Positions 33,246 to 46,276 of a stretch of DNA of 64,000 bases are shown here, piece after piece (position 1 is the stretch's first letter; each line of letters starts with the position of its first letter). The position numbers and the translations under genes were made by a program. The stretch spans positions 1,798,001 to 1,862,000 of the forward strand of contig CM106586.1 of NCBI GenBank assembly GCA_048013815.1, read 5' to 3'. The notes below the pieces were generated by a model. It had not been told where the DNA came from. It was given only the letters and a program-made list of their open reading frames with translations, and made no database searches. The DNA comes from Setoptus koraiensis. Taxonomy: Eukaryota; Animalia; Arthropoda.

Positions 33246-35498
33246 ATTCTAACTGTGCAACAATACTGTACATGGCGAGGCTCAGATATTTGTATTAGCT
33301 TATGATATATGATGATAGCGTGATATTGTTGAATAGTTGCGTAACAAGCTTTCAAGGAAATGGTCTTATTAAAGCTTATTCACACAAATGTTGTCTCTGA
33401 CAGATGAGATTGAATTGAAATATGAGCTACCATCAGCTGCGAGACTCGTGCTTGAAAGATGTCTATCCTCTCTTGCACCAATATTAGTACTCACATGTAT
33501 GCTGCTTCAGAGTGGATACTATCTCGAGATATGTCAATCTAGCTGCAAGAGTTATATGTATGTGTCGTATAAAGTAATGACTAGAGACGCGTTGATGAAG
33601 ATTTGATGATAGTTGTATAATATTGTTGCCCTTTGTTGTATGATTTCAAGTTTAACATGGTAAGTTTGTTTTGAGTACAGTTGTAGAAAAATAATGACTT
33701 GGTTGCACTTGGAATGAACCTGCTACAACAATTTTAACGCTGCACAACGCAAGATTCGTTGATCATTAAGTCAATTTCATTTGATCAATGAGTATCCTGG
33801 AGGTAGATAATTGTTGAATCTAATATCCTCTATACCTATACTACCTAGCCAAGTTGTTTTTTGAAACCGGCTCAGCGCGAGGACGAAGTGTAGCTAACAA
33901 GATATAATATGAATCCCATCCCCTGAGGTTACGTCAGATAAAACTCAACATGTAACCTAACTTGTAGAGATATTTCGCTCGTTACCGATTCAGTCGGTTT
34001 TTTGTTCAGGTTGTGTTGTCATGAATAGTTAATCCTACCTCGTTTATTCATTATTTCACCCTATCAGTGGAGATCCATGCGAAAAGTTAATTGAAAATTA
34101 TGCAATCCAGCTACTAGATAGTGACTAGTTTTATCTCCAAGATGATTCTTTGTATCATTCTACTTCTCACAATTTGTCTATGTAGAAATTAAATTGTCCT
34201 TTAGTCATTTGAGAGTCATTTCTGCTTGTCTTATATGAAAAGTCCTGCCATAGTTTAGTTATTGTTCGCTCAACAGCTGATCGCTCGCTCTTTTCCCAGG
34301 CCTCTTCTATACACTAGGCTATCTGATAAAATGATCTAATGAGTAAAACCACGAGAAATACTGATTGTGCATCCTACTGATAGCATTTTTTGTGTGTCTA
34401 GAGGCAATATTGTATGATGTAATGCCACCTCTAAGTGGACAATAGTTGGCTTTTGTTTGAGGTTCATTGTGTTGGGCCCAATTTAGTGTTTTGATTTGCG
34501 TTTCGTCATGCAGTCGCTAGCAGGAGATCAATCAATAATTATCTGAACACATTATTGACATCGGTTTGTTTTTCTTTCATGGATGGATCGCGAACTAAGC
34601 AATCTTAGTACCAGCAGAAAACACAGGTACAAAGTCTAGACGAGGGATGACTCCGATGAAGAAACTTCCTTTGTCAAATAATTAGCACTGCGACCACCTC
34701 GAATGGACTTTGCCCGGGGGGTTTGCTAGAGGGGTGATAACTTCATTTGCACTGATGCATGAACCATGTATGTGTTTCGATCGGTATATCACTGATGTTT
34801 CATCATTATCATTTACGACACATAGCGACGCTATAGCGACAGGGGGCCACAAGGGAATCTAAGTCGTTGGCGACACTGTATTCCTCCTCTAATTAAAGGG
34901 CCGTTGACTTATAACTAAGTGTTCATGACTTATACAGTGGCGTATATTAATCAGCAACATTAATCAGTTTCCAAGGTTATAATACCACATAAATAACAAT
35001 GTTAATAATAACGGAGTTTGCGCAATATTTGTCTTGCACAGAGCGCACTTCCCTTTGCATCTTGAGCTCGTTTGGGTACAGTATGTACGGTATATATGGT
35101 ACAATTACACAAGTTCTGGTGACACTGTCTCTATGTACCATTTCTACTGGGCACACCATACACAAACTGGTTCTGGCACAGAGAGTTTCGTACAATTTCC
35201 GTAGGCGCTGCAGAAAAAGAATAGAACGACACAATAGAAACGGTTACAATACATTGTGGATAATTGTATTTTGGTTGCTAATGGGGACCTTATTACCTAT
35301 GCAAAAATGCGGCATCATATTTTTTATTCGCGCCTCATGTAATTATTTACATCCATCTTGAGCATATACTTATAATTGGATAGCATCATTATTGACAGAT
35401 ATACACACATAGGAAGGAGCATCTTTATGCAGCCATAGATAGTTATAAATTGATTGTTATTATCAAGTCGCTGCGTCCAAAAACATTAGTCAATCAAC

Positions 35499-36996
35499 AT
35501 GGCCTTCCTACCCGGTTTTAAGAAACAATTCAACAAGGCCAACCAGATCATCAATGAGAGGATCTTGGGTGTCGAGGGCACCAAACTCAATGAGGAGTAT
35601 ACAGAAATGGAGAGAAAAACCGATCTCACCATTGAATTGGTTGATGAGTTGATCATCAAAACTAAAGAATATCTACAACCGAATCCAGCTACTAGATCTA
35701 AGATGATGCTCAATTCAAAAGTAAACAAGAATACACGCGTAAGGAATTATGCTCAACCAGAAGGTGTTCTAGGTGAGACAATTCTAAGAGTGGCACATCG
35801 TTATGGTGAAGATTCGCCATTTGTCAGGAGCCTACTAGAAACTGGTGAGGCATTCAAACAAATGGCTGAGATTAAATATGCCCTAGAGGATGATATCAAG
35901 CAGGATTTTCTCGAACCACTTGGTCTTTTGCAGAACAAAGATCTAAGAGATGTCATTCATCATAGAAAAAAACTAGAAAGCCGTAGATTAGATTTTGATT
36001 GCAAGAAACGTAAACGACCCATTCAATCTGCTGGTGCTGTTGCACCCCCAAATGGTGCAGTGGACGAAGAAATGAAAGTAGCAGAAGACAAATTTGAGGA
36101 ATCATTTAATTTAGCATCACAAGGAATGCATAATCTTTTACAAAACGATGTCGAACGAATATCGCAATTCTGTGCTCTAACGGAAGCTCTGAGAGACTTT
36201 CATAAGCAATGCGGTAGTATACTTGAAGGTTTAACTGAGAAACTAGTCGATTTGTAAGTACCTATAAGTATAGACAACAAAACTCAGTCTGCACTTCAAC
36301 ATCTAATGTTGTTTCTAATATCGTCAACAATCCTGTTGAGCATAGGCGCACAGAGTCAGAGGGTCGCCATCGAAGTCAATACACACCAAAAAAACTAAAC
36401 GAGATCAATATTAACAACAAGGTTGAACCTATCGAGGCCACACCTGAGGTCAATAATAATAATTCGCAAAATGTAGCTGCCGGTGAGTAGCATGTCTTCT
36501 CGATTATTTCACAATGTGTTGTTTGCATGCTTTTTTGGTTGTATTATAAAGTTATCTAGTGATCGAAAAATTCTTAACATCATCTCTCTCTATTATAGCA
36601 GCGAACGGATCCAATAAAGAGAAATCCACTGAGGATTATGAGGACAAATCACCCTACGGTTAGTATCAAGTCAATCAGATCATAATTTTTCTGTCAAAAT
36701 AACTAAACATTCACGCATCTAATTGTTATGCACCTTGTACGACAGATCAAGGAGACCAGAAATGTGGTTATTGTGTTGCATTGTACGATTTTCAAGCTGA
36801 GAATCCGGGTGAATTGAGTTTTTCTGAGGGTCAGATAATAAAACTGATCGATCAGATAGACGAGAATTGGTTTGAAGGTTCAGCCGAGACAAGTAACGGA
36901 AAACAAACTGGAATGTTCCCTACAAATTATGTTCAAGTGACAAGGCCAATTCCAGAACGAAGTACCAATAACGGGTCCGCTATCAATGGAAACTAG
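35499..36996 (+). CDS. EndoA: Endophilin A (N-BAR + SH3), 400 aa; exons 35499-36253, 36346-36482, 36599-36658, 36746-36996
   Basis: GFKKQFNKANQ amphipathic helix, EYLQPNPATR, KKLESRRLDFDCKKRK and SH3 ALYDFQAENPGELSF...ENWFEG...GMFPTNYV. GT-AG junctions with compatible phases (2,1,1). Confidence 0.95.
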
Positions 36997-38163
36997 TCGA
37001 ATATCTTGATTTTTGAATTTTCTAGCAACCGATGAAAAGCTTATATCTATAATTTATATTTCGCCAAGCCACAGCAGCAATATGGACACAGGGCACTGGT
37101 CATGATCTCTTTTTACAGTGAGACCTCTGAGAAGAAGTCCCACTTAGCTGAGAGTCGTTCATTACTGGATTATTAAATAATCATTCTTTATTTCGAAGTG
37201 TGAACTACCTTGAATCAGAGGCCATAATATTTCGATTTGTTTCACTTATTGATTATCCTGATTTATCAGCCTCAATTATTATCTAAATGAATGAATTTTG
37301 TGTATACTCTATGTGTTAAATATCATCCCATTTGATAGAACAATTGTTGTGACTAAAATTAATAGTCTGCAATGGCAATCGAAAATGTCACGGAAACTTT
37401 GCTAAAATTAGCACAAACTTTTCAGAGTCTGATACAACACTGCACGCAACTATTGATATCTATCTTAATCAATGATGGTTGCGTGATGAGGTTGCAATTG
37501 CAACGACTGCGTAATAAAAGGAAATTAAAAGAAAACTTCACCTTAATTTATATACAGAGTATTGTCTCTGATTGAAGCAAGAGTTGGCTGAATGAGGCTT
37601 TTTTGAGAGTTATCTCGATCTATCTCTCGACAATGGTCGTACAAGAGAAGAAATTATATTGATAGAGCAGCCTAAAAGTAATATTAGAGGTACTACTATA
37701 AATTGTCGAATGAAGCAAGAATTGTTGCTGCTTTTAAGACTATGTCGCTCTATCACCTTGGATTAATCAAACACATCTCTTCTTATTAACGATGACCAAT
37801 CGGTCTCTTTGTGAAGCTCCAATCATGCTAATAGAACTAACGGAAATCTGTTAGTTGGGAAGAAAAAAGTTGTCTATTCTAGTTTGTGAATGTATAAAGT
37901 AATTCTTGTAGTCTCTCACGTTGACGAGTGTGATAGTGATGTGTGTTGACTCCTTTCGTAATATGTGAGGCCCCGTTGCTGTTCGCCCCTTGTCAGCTGA
38001 TCGGCCTCATTCACTGCTGGGCCTCCTAATACAATTCAGCCGTTTGCTACCATTATATTTTCTCGGCTATTTTTTACTAAACAGTATTCTATCAACAAAT
38101 TCTCCTACATAAATGACGAAAATCTAGTCAACATACTTGTCGACTATTTTTGATTAGTTAATC

Positions 38164-38779
38164 ATGTTTCTCATATACATGTTTGCCCTGATAGATTCAG
38201 CCGGATTAGCCATGGTCGTTACCTATGAGGTAAGTAGCTGTCAAATTCATCTATGCCAATGCAGAATAATAATGTATCATCTTCTGACAAATACAAAACC
38301 TTCATCATCTCTAATTTGAAAAGTTACTGGCCCTCAGCGATCTAGAATGCAATCACATAAACCCCCACCAATGTTGCTCAAGTTTGAATCAGGTCAGTAT
38401 GGACTCTGTTTTCAAATCATATCAGTAAACTCTTTTAGATATAAGCTAACTATACAGCAAAACGTTTAAATTCATGTTGAATCTGATTTCCATTTAGTTG
38501 GTTGTGCCGGAAATACTTGCTTTTGGATTATTGGTCATTATACATCTTGTTACTATGAACTGGATACTTTTAGCGACCAATGTTCCCATGCTGATGTATT
38601 TAGCTTATAAATATTATTCTGTACCAAGAGGCAACATTGGAATGTTCGATCCTGTCGAGATTTATAACAAGGACAAAATGCAAAGTTATGTTCGGCAATA
38701 TCTAGTAAAGATAGTCTTCCACGTAGTGCACAGTGTCGCCTATATGTATCTTGCATTGATAGCTTTAATAACTATATAG
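38164..38779 (+). CDS. cni: Cornichon family cargo receptor, 138 aa; exons 38164-38229, 38324-38392, 38498-38779
   Basis: LSDLECNHINPHQCCSSLN, LVVPE, NVPMLMY and GMFDPVEIYN motifs. Phase-0 GT-AG introns. Confidence 0.9.
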
Positions 38780-39102
38780 TGTCTGGTGTCATTGAGACTC
38801 CTTCCTATTGATCTCAGCTTACGATCTAAATATATGCACCAAGTTTTATTACAGAATCTCAATCGATTTAGGGCCAACAGCATCAAGGGATAAATGGAAA
38901 AGAACTTTGAATGTCATAGACAGAGGCAATCAAACACTATTATAAAAAACAGTATTGGTTATATTATGAGTAAAAGAGGGCTATTTTAATAAACAACAAA
39001 ACTTATGCATGCAAGTAAATATGACAGTTTTTTTTAAGTAGTTAACTATAAACAATTACAACAATCATTATTGAGACCTTAAAATTTGATGATAGTGTAT
39101 TT

Positions 39103-40719
39103 TTAGTCTTTAATTGTCTTTTGTTTCTTTTTTTCCTCCAATTGTTTTCTGATTCGCTTTTTAAATTCATTCGGAAATTTTTTGAAGCATTTCTTGCAAC
39201 AAGGCTTCGAGTCAACATCGTAGAATTTTGATTTTTGATTCATGCTCGAATTGCAAAAAGAACAGGCGAAATGCTCAGTACACCAAGCCTTATCTAATGC
39301 CATATAGACGTTTCCTTTGACGACAATGTTGCAAACGTAACAATGTACACCAAACAATTCATGATAATGGTCCTCGCAGTAGGCCAATCCCTAATGAGGT
39401 ATAGACAGAGTTTAAGTTTAAGAGAATAGGATGTAGAATAAAATGATGAGTTTTATATAGGTGAGAATGGAAACAGTGAAGTTGACACCCAACCATAGTT
39501 ACCTTGTTTTCAAAATGTTTTTTCCCAAGGAATGGTTTCTCACAGTGGGAGCAAACAAAATGTTCAACGTGCCATTTTTTGCCTAAAGCCGTAACTACTC
39601 GTTCCTCGATGGGTCTTCTGCAACTTCCACAAACAGATATTTCTAATTGGTCGTGACATTTTAGACAATATAAATCACCTTTTACCTCTCTAGAGTCGTG
39701 TCTTAATTCTATACCACATGTGATGCAATTGAAGTGATAGGCATGAAACGGCCGATTCTGTCGTAGTGAAAGAAATATACATTTATATGAGAAAAGTTCA
39801 CGAGTGAAAGACAGAGATCATGATTGTATAAAGTTTATTTTTTTTTGTATTAACTATTACTAACCTCACGCATCAAGGGGGGTCCATCAATGAGACCTTG
39901 ACATTTGGAACAAGTATATTGTTGGTTATTCGAAGAGGACTTTTCTTTTTCTTTGTAGTTACAATCATGACATAACGGCCGGCCTATAATGTGCGAAAAA
40001 ACAACAATTAACAATTATGGTTAGCATACTAAAGAATCCATCGAGTTACATTGATGAATAGAATGATCAACTTTGTTTTCATTAAACTTACCCGCATTCA
40101 GAATAAATCCGTGATCTGCTAGTGCCTTAGTACATAGAGCACAACAAAAGCAGGCCGCGTGCCAACTTTTATGCATCGCATATATAACTCGACCTGTTGA
40201 TTGAAAAATTACCAAATAGAATAGTAGATTGTAATTAGAAGATGGTGTCTATCATGGTGTGTCACTTCGTAGAATCGAATTGTGCACTTACCTATGATAT
40301 ACTTTTGGCACTTGGAGCAACAAGGGGCGAATAATGTTTGGAAGTCTTTTTCGCAGTATTTTCTTCCGCCGTAGTCATAGTATTCCTTTTTCTCATTAAA
40401 TGGCGCAAAGCATCTACAACAAACGAAACAATCCATGTGCCAAAACTCGTATTCACCTGATTAAGTTTAATGGAAGCATAATGGGTCATCTAGTTTAGTA
40501 ACTGTGAGTTAATTGTCTTTAGTGACGCTAGTCGAATGAATATGTGAGAAAGTGATTCGATATACGATATGTAATGATAGATAGCGGTTGTCTGATGGAA
40601 TAGTTGCGGCGCATACCTGTGCAGACCATGTCTTCGTATTCTTTGAATCCCATGTTGCATCTGGCACAGTAGGCCGGTGCAACATGGTTGGCATAGTTTG
40701 TTGTTGATGGCATGTTCAT
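39103..40719 (-). CDS. stck: PINCH / LIMS five-LIM-domain protein, 343 aa; exons 40719-40617, 40456-40292, 40193-40092, 39983-39865, 39757-39503, 39390-39103
   Basis: Five LIM zinc fingers (CARC...WHMDCFVC, YCEKDFQTLFAPCC, CRRPIEERVVTALGKKWHVEHFVC, YDVDSKPCCKKC) and the C-terminal FPNEFKKRIRK tail. All junctions GT-AG and in phase. Confidence 0.95.
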
Positions 40720-42016
40720 GCTGATTGTGGATATGTAATGAATAAACGCAATGTATTATATTTGGTAATATAGTAATATTTTGAGTCTTCTTGCCAGTGT
40801 TATTGCTCTATTGCGGACGATAATATGAAGATTTTTGTGTTGACGATTGCTAGTTCGGTGCATGTGAATAGTTGTTATGTGAAATTGAAAATAGTAAAAT
40901 GAGATGTTCACTTCAAGTTCATTGTACAAAATGATGATGGTTGACTGGTACACACATGCAACTTAGGCAAGGCTAATACTAGTGGTCGGGCATTCTTGAA
41001 TTTGTGGTTCAATAACACAATCGGTAGCTACTAGCTAGGGCAGTTAGCAATGGTAATTAATCCATCATTAATAATTGAAGCGTTGCACAAACGTTTCCAA
41101 CAGCCACTGTTTACATCCATGTGAATATATACAACAAAGAGAGACTTATTGTCGCCCAATTTAATTTAGCAACAACAGTTTGTTGCCATTGGCAGTTAAG
41201 CACACACTGATACACACGCTATGCACGCAGCAACAGCGTACGTACAACAGACTGAAGCTAGAACAAATCAAACGAATAAAATTTCTAAAACTCGAGACAA
41301 GTGCAATTGTATGTTTGTTATTGGTATAAACGCCAGATCCGACGGTTTAGCCACTACAAACAAACAAACGCACACAACATATAGTGATGAACACACTAAC
41401 AAAAATCTGTTAAATCCATCTAAAGGCTAGAGTCAAATTGAGCTATGCGAATAGTGCGACCGCTAACAGACCGCCAATAGACGGACACAAAGCGACGACA
41501 ACGTTGCCACACCATCACAAGCTAACATGGTAGCCGACGGAATGGAATAGCTAATGTAAAGAAAAACAACGATTGACATCTGTCACTCACATGTGAAACA
41601 AGAGAGAAATATGAAGCGTCGTGTAAAACCAACAACAGTGTTGTAATATTATCACAATAGAGATGGGATGGGCAATCTCATCGACACCATCATGAGGTTG
41701 CTTTTGTTTCTAATTCCTCTCCCTTGTTCTTCTCGATACTATGAAAAAACTAGAAGAGATGCTAATAGGTTTGTTATGCAGCTAACTTTAAGTTTGTTAA
41801 ACTCCAGCGAATAATGGGTTTGTGTTAATATTTTTCTACGGGTTCGAATAGTGTACATTTCCACAACAAACAACAACAATGTTCGCCAACAATATTTGTG
41901 TCGGTTGTCGCTTTAGACACCGACAAACACACGAACAATCATCTACACACAGATTTCCTACATAGACATGGTGGTGTTTCCATACATCAAGTTGAATACA
42001 TCTTGTCAAATTTGTT

Positions 42017-44660
42017 TCAATGGTCGTACTTCCTGCCGTGCACACGAAACCTATACAAACAAGTGTACTGTAACTCTCCATGGTTCGATAATATTATCAA
42101 TTCTATGAATCTAGTTGGAATTGGATTTGGATTCTGCACATTGAACTGTTGTAATGGTTCTCCATTGTCGTTGAACTGATAGTCGCCCAAAACTATTCCT
42201 CCGTGATCAGAGGCGTCTCTGAGACTCTTAATTCGAAAATTCTTTGGGGCCGACACTATGGACAGATCTGGCGATAATTGTTTCCTGATGTGTTCGTATG
42301 TAAATGAAGTAGGTATAATTGTGCGTGATAGTTGCACCACCATTTGGCCCTGGCTACCAGCAAATGCCCAACATTCTCCAGGCACTATGGTCGGTTGAAT
42401 AACAACTCTTGGTGAGTTTGAGGTAAGAAACAAAGGAATTAGTCCGTTCAATGAGTATTTTATGTTCTTGTCGGGATAATTTTGTGTACAACGAGTGGAT
42501 ACAATGGTGGCACCTGGTATTAGTAGAAAAAGTAGGGAAGTAAAAGAGTATTGTCGATTATATTTCTGTTTGCAACTTAATGGATATTGCGCGCCAAAAT
42601 ATTCAAAATTAATTTTCAGCGCATGAGCAATACGAGGTAGTTCATTTTTTTTTTCAACAACGGCTTTACCAGATGTATATCAACTGGTGAAGTTCTGGTC
42701 AACTGCCTATTAAATAATGAGGGATTTATTTTAACGACACTGTTGTAGCGATACTTTCTCGTTTTGATCTATCGATCAAATGATCAATGGCACATTATAA
42801 AAAATTAGACATGCCGAATGCAAAAAGAACCGTAGTTATGTCCAGTTTGCCTCATGTACCAAAAGGACCTCTGCTACCATCACAGGAAGTACCAAGAAAA
42901 ATTATCCATGCACCAACAACAAACAAAAGACATATCTCACCCAACATGACACGCTTCTCGACCCGTGACACTACCGGCCACACAACAAATCACTCTCTTG
43001 GTCACTTCTGTGGGAAGATTCAAACTTTGAATGATAATCTAGAACAATTTAGAAACTCGCAAATTACAGCCGGCGTCACACCACCAAATGCACGCACACA
43101 TCCCAAATCTAGACAAGACTCAGGCGTCCAAACACTGGACAATGCGATGCCATTGACCAGCCAACCTATTAGGTCACCGCCCTCACACGACAGACATGAA
43201 GTTCTCGATCCTAGCGTTCCGGTGTTGCCGCCTAGCATTAATAAATACGCAACAGATGGATCTTATCGCCCTGACTGTACACCCTCTACCGGACCCACCA
43301 GGTCGGCGTCCGTTGTGTCTTCTACGAGGTCTACGAGCTCTGTTATGTCGGATTCAATGATCAAGATCCTTAATGAGCAATTGAGTGAAATAAAAAAGCA
43401 GCTAGATACTCTTGTCAATATTTCCACAAAACAGACTAGATGTAATTCCCCGGCTATGAGTATGGTTTCGGAGCGTTCAAGCAAAAGGGACGTCATGGAC
43501 ACGTCCTATCACACACAGTCGGAATCGCCCCCAAAAGAGCGAACAAGGGAACGACGGAGAGAGTGTTCATCATCGAATGATTTCTCCGATTTCTCTTTTG
43601 CAAGCAAAGAGTTTTTTGAGGGGAGAGTTCTCAAGAGAGATCTCAATTATCTCAATTTGTAAAATATATTATATTATAGAGAATGGTAAAAAAAAAATCA
43701 AATATCGCTTTGGTACTCACCGCTAGACTCTAACGCATAATCCGCTAGATCAGTTTTATCGGCGTCGTATTTGTTCAAGGCTTCTGTTATCAGCTGGTTA
43801 CACACTGCCTCAATATTAAGATTTTTTGGTTCCAGTTTCTCACTGACTGCTGGTTGAGTTGTTACAGTGGTTGGTTGTGAGGTATTGATTATCTGAGCTT
43901 CGAGTAGATGTACGTGATTTCTGGTTGACTCTAGTAGATCTTCGAGCGTTTGAATGCGTTCATGTTGACGATCAGTTAGGGACGGTCTGTTGACTTTGGC
44001 TAATTCGACATTTAGCTTGTTTTCTAGGATGAAATGAACGAGATATAAACCAAAAAAGTTCAGTACAAATAAAAGCGTTATTAAAAGTGTGGAGTTGCGT
44101 TTAACATGAGAGAATAAAAATGATCCTTTCATGGTGGTTTCATGTGTAAGAGATGGCCTCCTCTCAGATTGAGTTTGGACAGGGCGACGGCTGTGAGTGT
44201 TTTTTCTATTGATGTTGCTGTTGTTGGACAAAGAGGAGCTTAAATGTTTCTTTGCAAACAAATTTCTAGTAATTGCAGATTTGGGAGTTGAGGTATTGTG
44301 TCGATCACGTAGGTACTGTTTGGCCTTCAATGAAGCTATGAAAGTTTCAGGATCAGCTTCTGGCATGGCATCCTGTTGATTCTCGTCTAGGTCGTCTTCT
44401 TCGTCGTCGGACGTTTGTTCATCATGTGAGTGTTCGTCATGATCATTGTCAGCATCCTCAAATCGACTGATGGTGTCCACTTCTCCGTCCGCCATCATAT
44501 CATCGTCTGAAAATTCTGATTTCATTGGTTCTAACTTCTTTGGTGATCTCCTTCTAGTATTTCTATGTATTTCGCACGTGGCACTACAAGATAGTCCACC
44601 AGCGCATTTGCTACGTAAGAAGGGCGATTGTTCTGCGCTGTTCACGCTGCTGTTCATCAT
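42017..44660 (-). CDS. SUN-domain inner nuclear membrane protein (LINC complex), ~478 aa; exons 44660-43721 and 42513-42017
   Basis: Single TM (LLITLLFVLNFFGLYLVHFIL) and coiled coil. SUN domain split by a phase-1 intron: YDADKTDLADYALESSG|ATIVSTRC, PGECWAF, FTYEHI, SAPKNF, NHGELQYTCLYRFRVHG. Confidence 0.92.
42787..43662 (+). CDS. Nested antisense gene inside the SUN intron, 291 aa, disordered with a short coiled coil (possible Ana2/STIL-like; identity uncertain)
   Basis: ATG-started 291-codon ORF lies wholly within intron 42514-43720. S/T/P-rich, with coiled coil MIKILNEQLSEIKKQLDTL and C-terminal DFSFASKEFF. Confidence 0.8.
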   Translation: MAHYKKLDMPNAKRTVVMSSLPHVPKGPLLPSQEVPRKIIHAPTTNKRHISPNMTRFSTRDTTGHTTNHSLGHFCGKIQTLNDNLEQFRNSQITAGVTPPNARTHPKSRQDSGVQTLDNAMPLTSQPIRSPPSHDRHEVLDPSVPVLPPSINKYATDGSYRPDCTPSTGPTRSASVVSSTRSTSSVMSDSMIKILNEQLSEIKKQLDTLVNISTKQTRCNSPAMSMVSERSSKRDVMDTSYHTQSESPPKERTRERRRECSSSNDFSDFSFASKEFFEGRVLKRDLNYLNL

Positions 44661-46276
44661 GATGCTTGACACGTATAACTGGTGATAGTGAGGTAGTGGC
44701 CAGTGACAAGTATTGCTTCACTAAGCGTCCGAACAATAGAAATATGTATAATAATAATAAAATATATGAAAATCCCTTAGTAGATAAATCGAGATATAGA
44801 ATAAATGATATGATATAATATAATATACAGAGTAATGTTACGAGGTGGTATAATTTTAAAAATATAAATAACTAATGATATGTCCAATAATAAAAGACGC
44901 GGCTCATAGTTTCAAAATCAATCCGGTCTCCTCTCATGTTGTTGCTGTGAGTCCAGGATGAGACATTTGGTAGAATAATTATTATAGTAAGACTGTAAGA
45001 TAATTGTGAGTTTACGTAATATTATCATTTAGATGATGCATAGACAAGAATGGTTGAAGTAGAAGAATGAGTGTGTTGGTTGAAGACATTTCTTGTAGCT
45101 GATCATCACTATTATTTGTTATTTTGTTGTTGTCTCAATTCCCAGCGCATTTTGCGTCTCGTTCAACTTGAGCTTAATGTCACGCTGGCTTAACTGCCGA
45201 CGCAACTGGGTAGCGGTTTTAATGGCACCATGTGCGAGGTACTAAATGATGTAAAGCCGGCTTGATCGTGGGTATTGTTGTCGAATCTAAAAGTTTGTTA
45301 GGTCGTAAGCCCGCAGCATCACGTCCGGCACCCGGTGCTTGTGTGTGTGGGTGCCTCAGCCCATTATCTTATGTGTGAATAATTATACCCGACGCGCGAG
45401 TGCCGCCCTCACTGCGTGACTTGCAATGTTGCAGCCACACTTGTTTGTTTATAAATTGTTTGTTGAGCACCAAATGCTAATATACAAAAATATCTCATCG
45501 ATATTGTGAGTGACAACAATACCTCTACTATTGTTATTATTATTATATTATTACAATATTTACACAAATACATAAATTCTTATTCTGGAAGATAAACTAA
45601 TCGAATACAATAATAAAGTAGGTAAATTAGTAATATAGGAATCTTCAAGACACGATCTTCTCTTGTATATCATGTGGATCAGGCGAAATAATTGAGTTGT
45701 GATTGATTTTAGTTGTTACGCACGCAAAAACAAATTTACATTACTTGCTAAGAGATTCAAAATCACTACATTGGAATTTGCCAAAAGATAGCAAGATCTC
45801 ACATCATCGTCACAAGGAAACGCTCACATAGACTTCCCTCGCTACTATACTTGCTGTCGTTACATCAGATAGGACCGGTTTTGAGATTTACTCACAACAA
45901 GCACGTCTAGTCACACATAAAACTGGAATGAATAAAGAAATAGCGTAACCATTATTTATATTATTCACCTTTATACTATCTCCTCTAGAACATTGCCACC
46001 ACACTCGATGATTAACAACAACAACAGCAGCATTAGCGATTATTATTTTTAATTTCTTCTAATATATACAATCATGCTGCTTTAGTACCACCACACACAT
46101 GCACCATTACATTGAATCACCACTTGTACGAGTATCAGGCTTGGGAGCGTGTCCTTCAATTTATTAGTTACATTTACCTCACAAACAACCGCCCACCACT
46201 TCTGAGATTAGCAGTCTCAGAATTTATTATTGTTCTTTCTTGTTAGCTGTATCGACACACTTTATACACTTGCCAA

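Noticed and set aside
34999-35361. 120-aa ORF with hydrophobic stretches vaguely like GPCR TM3-TM4
   Set aside because: No DRY-like motif and no flanking TM exons; it is immediately preceded by a stop and lies in the endophilin promoter region.
41836-42179. ORFs overlapping the SUN 3' end on both strands
   Set aside because: Alternative-frame shadows of the SUN exon and its UTR.
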